DNA of 63,841 bases, counting the filler, from Dugesia japonica (Eukaryota): assembly GCA_001938525.1 (NCBI GenBank). It is 6 parts of 6 records of this genome, joined end to end, with 100 filler letters (N's around TTAATTAATTAA, not from the genome) between each part and the next. Parts side by side here need not be neighbours in the genome. Positions count along the whole stretch, not along the records: positions 1 to 13,811 come from MQRL01634497.1; positions 13,912 to 23,461 come from MQRL01628388.1; 4 more parts are not named here. One strand, 5' to 3'. The notes under the pieces were generated by a model. It worked only from the letters and a program-made list of their open reading frames with translations, had not been told where the DNA came from and made no database searches. Each line of letters starts with the position of its first letter. Within the stretch, counting starts at the first letter, position 1. Both the position numbers and the translations under genes were made by a program. Of the stretch, positions 11,790-23,561 are shown one piece after another.

Positions 11790-13230
11790 ACTCCAAAACC
11801 TTCGATATTAAGACGACGTGGAAGATTTTTAATTGAGATAGCAAGATTTTATGAACTTACAATAACTCAAGGTTCTGTTCAAAGAACATTTATCAAAGCA
11901 TTTCTTTCCTCAGATGCTGTTAAAAGATATCAATCCTTGGATGATTCAATTGAAGATTATGCCCAACGATGCAGAAAAGCTTTTAAAAAACCAGCAAATA
12001 TCGGTAAATATTTATTATCTTCATTAAATTATCGAAACGGAAATGAATTCATAACTTTGTTTTTCAAAAAAATCGATGGTCTTGCAGAGAATATAATCAG
12101 ACATAACTTAACAAAGGAAAATCTCATCAATTTTCTTTTTGGCAAAATGCTGTTGAAGATATGGATGGTAAAAAAGAAATAAAAATAGTTGATCTATGAT
12201 AAATTTAAAAATAAATAATATTGTTACATCATGTTTACTTGATACTGAAGCTAAAATTAGTGTTATTAAATATGAATGATTAAAAAGAATAGGACATGTT
12301 TCAATAATTGATTCTGATATAAATGTCAAATGTGCGAATAATACTTGTTTATAAATTGTAGAAAAAGGATATTTAAATGTAAAGCTTAATGAAAAAATGG
12401 AGAATATTTGTTTTTATGTTGCTAAAGAAATCTCAATACCCGTTATTTGTAGAAAAAATCTATTGATTAAATTTAATATAAAACTCACCATTAATGAAGA
12501 ATCTGTTAATGTAATTAAATTTAAATCCAAAACACTAGAAATGGAAAATATTAAAGATAAAATGATATTGACNATTTTAGAAAAATATGAAAGCATTATA
12601 GTGAAACATAAATGGGATTTTGGAAAAACTAGTATTGTAAAACATGAAATAATAAACCAATTGCAATTAATTCTAGGCATCAACCTTATCATTTAATAGA
12701 TAAAATTGAGCAAAATATTAAAGAAATGGAAATAAATAGAATTATAAGTAAATGTGACTCCCCTTGAAATGCTCATTTGGTTTGCGTAAAAATACGAGAC
12801 AATAGATGAAGTTACAGAAAAACCACTTTTTTCTATTCCAAACACTGAGAAAATGATGAATATTTTATATGGAGCCAAATATTTTACTAGTATAGATTTG
12901 GGTAATGCTTATTATCAAGTAGAATCAACAGATGACTCAAAATGTAAAACTGCTTTTTCGACAAGGGGTGCACAATATCATTTTAATAGAATGCCCTTTG
13001 GAATCGCAGCTGCTCATTGCTACTTTTCAGAAATTGATGAATAAGGTTTTAGTTCCGTTAAATTGGAAAGAATTAGTAGTTTACTTAGACGATATATTAA
13101 TTTTCTGAAACTATTAAAGAACACTATAAGAGAATTGAAAATGTTTTGAAACGTATAAAAGAAGCCGGTTTAAAAATAAGTCCATCTAAATGTCATTTCA
13201 TGAAAAACGAAATAAAATTTCTGGTTCATA
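11790..13230 (+). mobile_element. Ty3/gypsy remnant (gag-PR-RT fragments)
   Basis: Gag-like FIKAFL...FKKP, protease CLLDTEAKISVI, RT FTSIDLGNAYYQV, TAFST, RMPFG, VYLDDILIF. It stops abruptly at 13230. Confidence 0.85.
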
Positions 13231-13560
13231 AGTAGGTAGATAGTAGCGCACTAGATCACTAAGAAATATTAGTCGCTTATAAACTACTTACAAATAGTAA
13301 GTAGCTAAATTAAATTAAATAATGATTATGAAAAATTTGTATGAATCATCATTTTTTTGTAACAAAGAAATGAGTCATGTTGATGAGTCATCGCCGGTTA
13401 GAACAAAGACCATGACTCATCGGATGACTCATAATTTTTTTCAAAAATTTTTCTTATTCAGAACAAAGACCCCCTCCCCTTAACAAAGAAAAATTTTCTA
13501 GATCATGACTCATACTTTTTTTCAAAGACAAAAAATGGAAAGAAATTGATCTGTGATGGT
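13231..13560 (+). repeat. Polinton-type terminus with ATGASTCAT/AACAAAG arrays
   Basis: Starts agtaggtagatagtagcgcactagatca exactly where the gypsy RT ends. Five ATGAGTCAT/ATGACTCAT and four AACAAAG follow. Confidence 0.6.
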
Positions 13561-13811
13561 AATGATTTTTTTGTAATTTTTATTAAACAATTTTCCATTA
13601 TAGTATGTACAAGAAAAGAAAAAAGTTGAGGAAAATAATGAAAAAACAGACCAACAAAAAAAAAGAAATAAGAACGAATATCGGTCCTCTTTAGGACCAC
13701 AATTATTGGTTGATGATGTTTTATTATTATTATCATTCGACTTTGATTTTATTTTGATTTTATTTGACTTTGTTTTATTTTGTTACTTTAAGTTATATTT
13801 AGTTTTTTTAA

Positions 13812-13911
13812 NNNNNNNNNNNNNNNNNNNNNNNNNNNNNNNNNNNNNNNNNNNNTTAATTAATTAANNNNNNNNNNNNNNNNNNNNNNNNNNNNNNNNN
13901 NNNNNNNNNNN
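13812..13911. other. Artificial contig-joining spacer N44-TTAATTAATTAA-N44
   Basis: Identical 100-nt structure occurs five times. The 12-mer puts stops in all six frames. Confidence 0.95.
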
Positions 13912-13984
13912 AGATTTTACCATATTTAATTCATTTTGCATATTCACTAAGTTAACAAAAAAAAACAAATTAATATTATCGGTA

Positions 13985-15630
13985 TCCCTAAGTATACTGT
14001 TCAGATAACAAAAACAGTTGAAGTAGAAGTGACTTTTGAAGAAACGAGAGAATATAGAAGAAATTAAAGAAACAATGACGTTGGTAGATAGTGTAGAGAA
14101 AAACAGAAATCAAGTTGATGCAGTTAGAAGTTATTCGAGAGTTACAAGTCAAAATTATCAGAAACCTGTAGATCATACCGTGAATAGACATACCGTGAAT
14201 AGACATGTGGATCAAACAAAAGAAAAACAAAATATTGAATGTTGGTTATGTCATAAGATCAATCATACTAAAGCAAATTGTCTGACGAAAAAAGTGGCAG
14301 AGTGTTAGACTTGTCAGAAAACAGGACACAGAAATCGAGATTGTCCAAATAAAAAACCAAGAAATTGTTTTGGCTGTGGAAAAGCTGGCCATATTAGAAG
14401 GTTATGTCAAGAAATTAGGTGTAAACGATGTGGTAATGGTGGACATAGGGCAGAAGAGTGCTACACAAATTTAAAAATGAAAAGAAGAATTGAGAAATCT
14501 ATGACTGCAAAAAGATCAAGAAACCGATATAATCAAGTGCATGCAATTGAAGATGAAGATGTCAATACAAACGATGGATACAAAAAAGTGTATGAAAGTG
14601 ATGCTGAAAGTTAGTATTCAAAAGACAGGGCTCCACTAGTAGAGAAGTTGGTTTGAGCCATCCATTGTAAATAAAGTGATTGATTATTCTCAAGAGGTCG
14701 AAAAATGGGATGATATCGGAAAGGTTACAGAAAAAGTATATAGGTTCTTAGAGAGTGAAATTTTGCGGATGATAGAAAATTAGATTGGGCTGAAACAATT
14801 GAAGCAGAACAGAAAACAAATATTCCGTATCATAAATTGCAAGGCAGACCAAGTGTTACGGTATCAATTCAAGGAAATAAAGTTGAATGTCTATTAGATN
14901 NNNNNNNNNNNNNNNNNNNNNNNNNNNNNNNNNNNNNNNNNNNNNNNNNATTTAAAAATGAGTGATGAAGATTGCGTTGTGCAAATAATAGTACACTTGA
15001 AATTGTTGGGAAAGTTAGAATAGAAGTCATAATTGATGAAGTTTGCAAAGAGATTACTTTCTTAGTTGCTGGAAGAGTTACACCAGATCTGATAGGAGGA
15101 ATAGATATGCAGAAGACTTTTAGATATGAGCTTATGCGAAAGGCCGAATCAATGGAGCCATGGTTTATCTTGATGGCATTCTGATATTTATGAAGAATAA
15201 ATATCAACACTATGAAGTAATTGAAAGAGTATTGACGAAAATAATGAAAGCTGGTTTAAGAATCAATCCAGAAAAATGTCAGTTACTTCAAAGCGAAATC
15301 AAATTTCTTAGACACATAATTAACAATAATAGTTTCAGAACTGATCCTACTAAAATAGAAGCAATAAGAACGAGTCATGAAAAAAGATACTGCATTACAC
15401 GAAAGGAATTATTGGCTGTGTATTATTTCTGCATGCATTTCAAACATTACTTTTACTCTTAAAACAGATCATAAAGCTCTAACTTTCATGATGAGGACGA
15501 AGAAACCAATTACGTCACAATTTTAGACATTGATTATTTATCTGAGTAGTCTAGACATGGCTTTGGAATATAGAAAAGGAATTCAACATGGTAATGCAGT
15601 TATGTTATCTAGACCAATATATGAAGTATC
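13985..15630 (+). mobile_element. Ty3/gypsy remnant (gag with CCHC knuckles, PR, pieces of RT and RNase H), internally deleted
   Basis: CWLCHKINHTKANC, CFGCGKAGHIRRLC, MVYLDGILIF, YCITRKELLAVYYF. Closely similar to the minus-strand copy at 32130-35812. Confidence 0.9.
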
Positions 15631-15639
15631 TGTACTATT

Positions 15640-16372
15640 AGTTAAATTCAAAGTCTCACAAGTATCCATAAATTGTTTATTGATTATTACAAGTCATTTC
15701 CGAGTTATTTTTTGGCCTCTTGAATTTTGTTTTGATAACTAAACTGCCTGTTCATATTTGTGTAACAGTCCTTTGCGTGAATTCTCGTCTTTTGTTGTTT
15801 CTGTTCTGTTGCATTCCTTCATTACGATTCGTGTTGAAATTTCTTTTTTCTGGGCTTCTGCGAACGGCATCTCTCTAGTTACGAACTACATTTATTTCTT
15901 CAATTTTTACTTCATCTTGAATGACTTCTCATTCTTTTATTGCTTTAAATACATCATTTACTTTATCTATTTTTCCTGATTTGATTTTATGTTTAATCTT
16001 TCTGTCGTTGTAACTATTCATTATTAGCCCTTTTGTTAAGTCCTCTTTGTTCCATTTATGAGCCATTAACTTTTCTACCAATCCTTCAATCTTCTTCTTA
16101 TAGATATTTATATGCTCTCCATTCCTTCNATAATTTAGAGCTTCCTCCATGTCTTTAATCATTGTTGATGGTCTAAAGAAAGCCTTTCTGAATCTTTCTT
16201 CAAATCCCAATGATTCGTCTTAATTTTCATAGATTTCGCGCAATTCTTTATCTATGAAAGCAACTACAAACAAACTCTTTTGACCTTTCTTTGTTCCGGT
16301 TATATCAAAATATTTCGTTGTCTTCAAAATAAATTTTTCGACATCATCGCCCGATTTGAAAATTCCAGGGTT
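15640..16372 (-). pseudogene. Ty3/gypsy gag fragment (second family)
   Basis: NPGIFKSGDDVEKFI...FIDKELREIYEN...GFEERFRKAF. Homologous to the gag at ~36390-36900. Confidence 0.7.
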
Positions 16373-16804
16373 NNNNNNNNNNNNNNNNNNNNNNNNNNNN
16401 NNNNNNNNNNNNNNNNNNNNNNNNNNNNNNNNNNNNNNNNNNNNNNNNNNNNNNNNNNNNNNNNNNNNNNNNNNNNNNNNNNNNNNNNNNNNAAATGATA
16501 AAGCACAATTCACAATATTCAAACAAATAATCTGAGAAATCTTAATAAATATTTTTCAAAAATATTCATTTGTTAAATTTCAAAATACTTTTATTTTACC
16601 TGTATCTTTAATTATTTTTAAACCTAATTTTACAAAATAATTTTTAAAGTTTTATAATTCAACATAATATAATATATAGAATTTATTCAATTAATTGGTA
16701 TTTTAAAAAACTTGTTTTATATTTTAAAAGTTTCAAAAAACCAATTTTAATATTATAAATCAAAATTAAAAAACTCAGATATTTGAAATCCATGAATCGA
16801 TACT

Positions 16805-17790
16805 TACATGTACAATGTCAAATGTCACATGAAGATGCCAAGAAAGGAAAGATTAAAACGAGAATACTGAACATAATTGAAAAGGAAAAAGAAGAACACT
16901 TAAACATGTCTGAAGAGACAGATTTAATCAAAAAAATAAAACTTTATGATGACAAAATACATTAGACAATAGAAGAAATACATAAATTATTATGTCATGG
17001 AAGAGTTGAGAAGGTGAACGAATACATGAGAAACAAATATATTGCCAAGAATTAGTGGAGACAAATACAGAAAATAAGTCGTAGTTGTGAAATTTGTCAG
17101 AAGATCAAAGTAGTGACGACAGCAACTAAAGAGAAGACAAGAGATTAGAAGCTAAAAATTTGTTTGAAGTCATATTCACAGATATATGTGGGCCAATGCG
17201 GGAAACAAGTGGACGAAAAAATACATTCTTGGAATAATCGACCAGTACAGTAAATATCTGGTTCTTATACCATTGCCTAGACAAGACGAAGAAACAAAAC
17301 GAAAAGCTATTTTAATTATGAGAAAGTTTGCACAGAAGCTAGATATTAAACTTTGCTTTTCCATATCACCATAATGCTAATGGACAAATTGAAAGGCAGT
17401 TCAGGAAAATTCGAGATTTAATTAATGCAACACTTCAGGAAAGAAAGACAACAGATTNGGCAGTTCTTGTACCGGGAATAGAATTTACAATGAACGCAAC
17501 AAAGCAGAAGACGACCGGAAAGAGCCCGGCTGATATCGTATTTGGGAAGAAGATTGCAGAGAAAGATGGTATTAGTCAGACCTTTCCGGTAAAACTAAAG
17601 AAAACACTTCATATGAAAATACGAATAGAGAATTCAAAGTGGGCGATTTTGTACTCAATTAGATAGAAACAAGAAATAAAAGTCAAGACAGATTTGAAGG
17701 ACCTTATCGAATAATTGAGAGAATTCATGAAAGACGCTATGCGGTATGGACAGCGATTAGAAAGAAATGTGGAAAAACTTAGAAGGAAAT
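16805..17790 (+). mobile_element. Ty3/gypsy integrase region remnant
   Basis: HKLLCH...CEICQ zinc-binding motif, DICGP, IIDQYSKY, HNANGQIERQF, FEGPYRI. Same family as 32130-33200. Confidence 0.85.
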
Positions 17791-19139
17791 AATTATTATT
17801 TAATATTTTTTAGCCAATAGAAAGTGAGTTNNNNNNNNNNNNNNNNNNNNNNNNNNNNNNNNNNNNNNNNNNNNNNNNNNNNNNNNNNNNNNNNNNNNNN
17901 NNNNNNNNNNNNNNNNNNNNNNNNNNNNNNNNNNNNNNNNNNNNNNNNNNNNNNNNNNNNNNNNNNNNNNNNNNNNNNNNNNNNNNNNNNNNNNNNNNNN
18001 NNNNNNNNNNNNNNNNNNNNNNNNNNNNNNNNNNNNNNNNNNNNNNNNNNNNNNNNNNNNNNNNNNNNNNAAGGAACAACAACAATTTTGATCTTTTGCT
18101 TTTAAAACATTTTATTTTAAATAAAATTGTTTATTCACTTATTTAAATCTTATATAAATATATACTATCTTTTAATTTATTTATGTTATGTTTCAATACT
18201 AATGTCTAATGAAATAAACAATACAATTGGTTTTTTTGAGTTATTGTTTACATATTTGTGTTAACATATTTACAATTTGACCAAAGTTTGAAGTTATTCA
18301 TTAAGAGTAATCTAAAGTATGTCGGCTTAACAAAAATTTCAATCGAAACATACTATCGCACTTTTATTTATGCGGAGCATCCATTTCACATGGAATCAAT
18401 TTACGCGAATGAATCCCGCGTATATAGAAATAATCGGTAAAAAAGAAAAGAAAAAACATCTATATTGGTAAGAAAATTTTATGTTAGTACAAGAAATATA
18501 AATTTATTACATTTATTTTAAAAACATTATGATAATAATGCACCAAATAAATGAAATTATAATCATAACAGTCAATCTTTTCTTCTTTATCGACAAAACA
18601 AGTATAGTAGTTAAGCAGTTAATGTTAAAGCTAATTTTTTCAGACCTTTTGTTCTTAAACTTATTAGTTGCTAAATTTTTATAGATTTCATGATATTCCC
18701 TGCAATTTTATTTTAATTTAGTTAAAATGTTTCAATATATCTAACATTTGGCTCAATGTTAACAACATGAATACCAAATTTTACGGCTTTATAAATGATT
18801 TCTTTGACAAATAAAACTTGTTCCTAAAGAAATGGCAAAACAAATCGAACTTATGATGAAATAAGAGAGGTTTGAGAAGAAAGATTGTCGAGAGTGGAGT
18901 GAAGTATATATCAACGGAGTCTCTTAAAAATTTTTATGGGATTCGGGAGCATCGGTGACCAGTTGCGCACCCAGGTTTCTCGTTTTGGGGACGCTCAAAT
19001 TAAAGAAAACAACAATAATAAAAATAGTCGAGTTCAATTTAAAGATTTTTGATATATAATACATGATTAAAATATTTTATATTCATTTTGGATAGGAAGG
19101 TTGACAAAGCCAGCAAATTTAATCAATTTTCGTTCATTG

Positions 19140-20035
19140 TTTGGGGGGAGCTCAGAATGTGCATAAATTATAGACAATTGAACAAGAGAACAAAAAAGTA
19201 TCTTTTCCAATGCCAGACATTTTATTATTGTTGGATTGCTTATCTGGTGCCAAAATATTCTCATTTATTGATTTGGGACAAGCATATTACCAGGTGGATT
19301 CAGCGGATACATTAAAAGATTCCACTGTATTTAGTACAGAAGAAGGTCAGTTCAAGTTCAAAACGATGCCGTTTGGATTAGCTACATCGTTGGTTACATT
19401 CCAGAAATTCATACCCTTTATACAAAGCAATTTCAGGATGCAACAAAGCTTTGATTTAGACAGAAGCGTGTCAGAGCAGTTTTCATAATTTAAAAAACAA
19501 ACTATACTGCCCATCAGTGCTAGAGTATCCAAGGGAAGATCGGGTGTTCATCTTGGATACAAATGCCAGTATCGGAGCTATCTGTGCAGTTCTTAGTCAA
19601 AGGTCAGAGAAAGGTATAGTAGTGATAGCTTATAGTTTTAGACACCTAACGGCTCTCAAACAAGAATTTTGTGTTACGAGAAAGTAATTACTGGCAATAC
19701 ATGAGTATGTGCAACATTTCAAACAATGCAAAAGGCAAAAATTAAGACTGAAATATATCAATGAAATTCAGCAAGAAACAAATATCATAGCAAAAATTCA
19801 ACAGGTTTAAAACATAGATTCCTTTATTCAAAGAAGATTTACAGCGTTGCCAAGGAAAGGGAAAGAAACAGAAAGACCCGATCAAGGAAATTATTTAGAC
19901 AAAAAGAAAAACGATTTGAAAATAGTCGATAATTTACTAGTGTTGGAAAATGGAAACAAAAATCTGATGGCGGTTCCGTCAAACATAATTGAGGAAGTGA
20001 TAAAAAAAGATTTATTATTATTTAATAAAATTTAG
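19140..20035 (+). mobile_element. Ty3/gypsy RT/RNase H remnant
   Basis: LRMCINYRQLN, FSFIDLGQAYYQV, FKTMPFGL, FILDTNAS...AVLSQ. Confidence 0.8.
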
Positions 20036-20194
20036 AAGGTAAGATATGTTGTTTTTTATTTTTAATTTAATTCATTTTAAATGGCTTTGAATAGTTACAG
20101 TATTGAGGTCATGGGTTTAAATAAACAATTGTAATTTGGCACCCAGAATAGTTTAAAGTTTGGACCCCTGACATAGTATAAAGAATTTCATTTT

Positions 20195-20591
20195 GCATCA
20201 GTACTATTTCAACAGGACAATGTTATACCGCATACATCAACAATAACGAAACGAAAAATTCGTGAGTTTTATTCCATAGAACTTCTTCATTATCCTGCTT
20301 ACTCGCCAAACTTGACCCCAGCGGATTTTTATCTATTCAGATCTATTGCATATTTCTTGCGTGGAAGAACATTTGTTAATCGGGAAAACTTTGAAATTGA
20401 ATGTCACAAATGCTTTGAGTCTGAAGAAAATGAATGGTATCGTCGTTGAATTGAGGAACTTGTACAATGTTGGATTCAATGTGTTGAACCTTATGGCGTG
20501 GTTTTTGAAATATAATGATTTTTAGTTGTTGAGTTGTATCTGTTAAAAGTTTTGATTAAATATATCCCCGAACCTATGATACACCCCAATA
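20195..20591 (+). mobile_element. mariner transposase 3' fragment with right-end TIR
   Basis: FQQDNVIPH...HYPAYSPNLTPADFYLFRS...IEELVQCWIQCV (YSPDLAP-type motif). The end TGATACACCCCAATA resembles a mariner TIR. Confidence 0.8.
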
Positions 20592-21144
20592 TTTCTAACT
20601 ATTACACAGACGAAAATATCAACGAAGTAGCAAGTCTTTCGTTTTGATAAAGGAATAAATTTAGAAAATGTTCAGAAATCATTTATTTTTTATGAATTAT
20701 TATTATAATTTATAATTTAAATTATAATTTATGAGATAAATAAATTTTAATGTTTTTCGTATTTATACGTATTATTGTATTCTTTATTGACTTTTCTACT
20801 ACAAAGTAAAAATAAATATTTAATAGTAACAATTTCAGATATTATATGAACACTCTGTCGTAGTTTTGGTATATATCACCCAGGTCAGTCCCTAACATTT
20901 TACACCCCTCTCACAACATTTTCATATTGTTTCGAAATAATTAGAGAGGAATATGTTTAAAAAATTATGAAACCGGTATCGGAATAAAATTGATTTGTGT
21001 AATTCATCCTGCTTAATAGAAACAAAATTTAAATTCTAGTTTGAGAGTTTCAAACTGTGTTGTCGGAACCGTATTACCGGTTAAAAAGTCTTTTTGCTAT
21101 ATTGATTTTCAGCAAATATAACACAGCAAAAAACACAAAATAAC

Positions 21145-21335
21145 CCACTATTTAATGATCCAGTTGATTTAGCTCTATCTCTTTCTTTATTTTTCATAAC
21201 TAAATCAATGAGATGACTGCTAATTTGTTCATATTGAATCTTGTTTGCTTCATCTGCTTGGATATTATTTTCTACTGTTTTCAATGCAATATCAGTTATC
21301 ATTCTTTCTAAATTCGAATCATTGATGGAATTATC
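21145..21335 (-). CDS. SLC16/MCT gene, exon 4 (central loop, 3' boundary uncertain)
   Basis: 56-nt intron upstream with AG at 21337-21336. In frame with ORF 21081-21302. Hydrophilic loop-like sequence. Confidence 0.6.
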
Positions 21336-21391
21336 CTTTATATATCAAACAAACACGATGATTTACATAATAATGATTATAATTATATTAC

Positions 21392-21663
21392 TGTAGGTTG
21401 TGTAAGGGTAATCTTTGGAGCTGGAGATTTCATCGGTCGAAATAATGCAGCAGCAATCAAACAATTGCAATTTAATGCTGCCAAAATCATTATACAACCT
21501 CGCCAAGTGTATAATTCAATTAGATAAGGAATGAGAACGCTGAATGCCGCAGCACCACATCCGCTACCACAAATGGCGATCCCAGTAGCTGTCGCTCGAT
21601 ATTTTTCAAACCATATAGCAATAATAGTACACCCAGGTAGATATATTAAACTATATCCAATAC
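21392..21663 (-). CDS. SLC16/MCT gene, exon 3
   Basis: 53-nt intron upstream. GIGYSLIYLP...WFEKYRATATGIAICGSGCG...YTWRG...ALFRP are canonical MCT motifs. Confidence 0.9.
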
Positions 21664-21716
21664 CTATGCATCAACATCCTGTGTCAAAATACTTTAACAA
21701 ATGTGTTTAATCTCAC

Positions 21717-21860
21717 CTCCACCAAGACCATAAATTAAAACAAATGCAGTGATATTATACATGTAAGAGCTGGCGAGTAGTGACACACTTGAAATAATTG
21801 ACCCCATCAATATCAGAACTCGGAATCCATATTGATTACTCAGAGCACTTGCCGCAGGAC
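21717..21860 (-). CDS. SLC16/MCT gene, exon 2
   Basis: AG acceptor at 21862-21861. GPAASALSNQYGFRVLILMGSII...IYGLGG continues in frame. GT donor at 21716. Confidence 0.9.
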
Positions 21861-22409
21861 CTATTTTAAAAAGAAATTAAAAATGAAAATATTAATTTTA
21901 CTATTATTATATTTATTATTATTATTTATTATAATTATTATTATTTTTATTGTTATTATTGTTTGTTAATTGTTGTTAATTATTGTTTTTATTGATTGTT
22001 AATTATTAGATAAAATTTGATAATAATGTATTACTGTTTTCTATTCAGAATCGTAAATTATAATTTATGAGAATTTCAAATTCATCATCGATATTGAATT
22101 GACCAATTAAATATCGTAAATCTGTTTTTCATATCATATCAAAATGTCTAATGTATTTTGAAAGTAACATTTCATGTAAAATGAAATATTATCTGGAAAT
22201 ATGCAAATCAAAATTTATGAAATATTAATTGAAAACTAAAAAAATTGATTGGATTTTATAAAACTGTTAGTAGAACAATATTCTACCAAAAGAATATAAA
22301 AAGTGACATAATATGCAAAAGTATTGTACCACCCTTGAATATGCCGAAAATGATTAGTTATGGAGGAATCTTATTTCAAAAAATCTATTTATTATTTGCA
22401 TTAACTTAC

Positions 22410-22752
22410 CCATTATAAGATAACACCCTGTAATCAATGAGCCAGCAAACATCATTTGCAGCTTGGGAACATTTTCAAAACTGTCTTCTAATGCATTCAA
22501 AAACAGTCCATAGGAAAGACAAATCCCATCAAGCAAAAACATTACTAAAAAACTACCAATTACTATCATCCATCCCCAACCTCCATCTATAGGTTGGATT
22601 GGTCCAACATTAGTGACATCTATTTCCACATTAACAGGATCTTTGGAACCAATTTCATCCCCATTAATTCTAGTCGATTGACCATTTACTGTGAGTCTAT
22701 TATTGTTCTTCTCCGTTAATAAATTCTCTTTCAATTGATTACTTTCAGACAT
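22410..22752 (-). CDS. SLC16/monocarboxylate transporter family gene, exon 1
   Basis: PIDGGWGWMIVIGSF signature (MCT TM1). GT donor at 22409. Confidence 0.9.
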
Positions 22753-23461
22753 TTTCTATAAGTAAATATTTATTAATCAAATNCAACGAAGTGGAACTTT
22801 TCAATGTTATCAAATTTAAATAATGAAAAATAAAATTTGGAATAATAGAGTGTATGTGAACTACGTTTTATCAGCCAATGATTGACAACGAAATATCGGT
22901 TGACATGGTAAATATTAGATTGAAAATTAGGAAAACGATTTATTTACAATAATTTAGTGTTCATAAATCTCTGTATTGATTGTCTATAAATTGTAATCCA
23001 TAACACTTTACTGCATCGCTCAATTTCATGAAATTTTAAGGACAGGTGGTTTCCGTATTTTAAATAAAATTTGGATTATACATGCACTTTTATTTGAGAA
23101 ATAATTGCGGAATTTTCCGTAAAGATAATTATAACACTGTAAAATCCGATTAATATAAATTAATTTTTATATTATCAATATTGGATCACAGTAAATTCTC
23201 TCTTATTTGCCAAAAAATTGAGATTTATAAATATTTGGCTGTTGAGAAAAAATGTATCGAATTTCAAATAAATTAAATAGAACAAAATAAATAATTGTAT
23301 AATAAAAAAATAATAATTTTATTAAATGCACAAGTATAACTCTGCTGATTTTTACCATTTAAAAAATCAATAGCTATGAAAAAAGTCAAGGTTAATTCTT
23401 ATTACAAATAATTTCTATCATTAATAAAAACAACATCCCCAATTTTTGTGCAATTTATGAA

Positions 23462-23561
23462 NNNNNNNNNNNNNNNNNNNNNNNNNNNNNNNNNNNNNNN
23501 NNNNNTTAATTAATTAANNNNNNNNNNNNNNNNNNNNNNNNNNNNNNNNNNNNNNNNNNNN
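23462..23561. other. Artificial contig-joining spacer
   Basis: N44-TTAATTAATTAA-N44. Confidence 0.95.
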
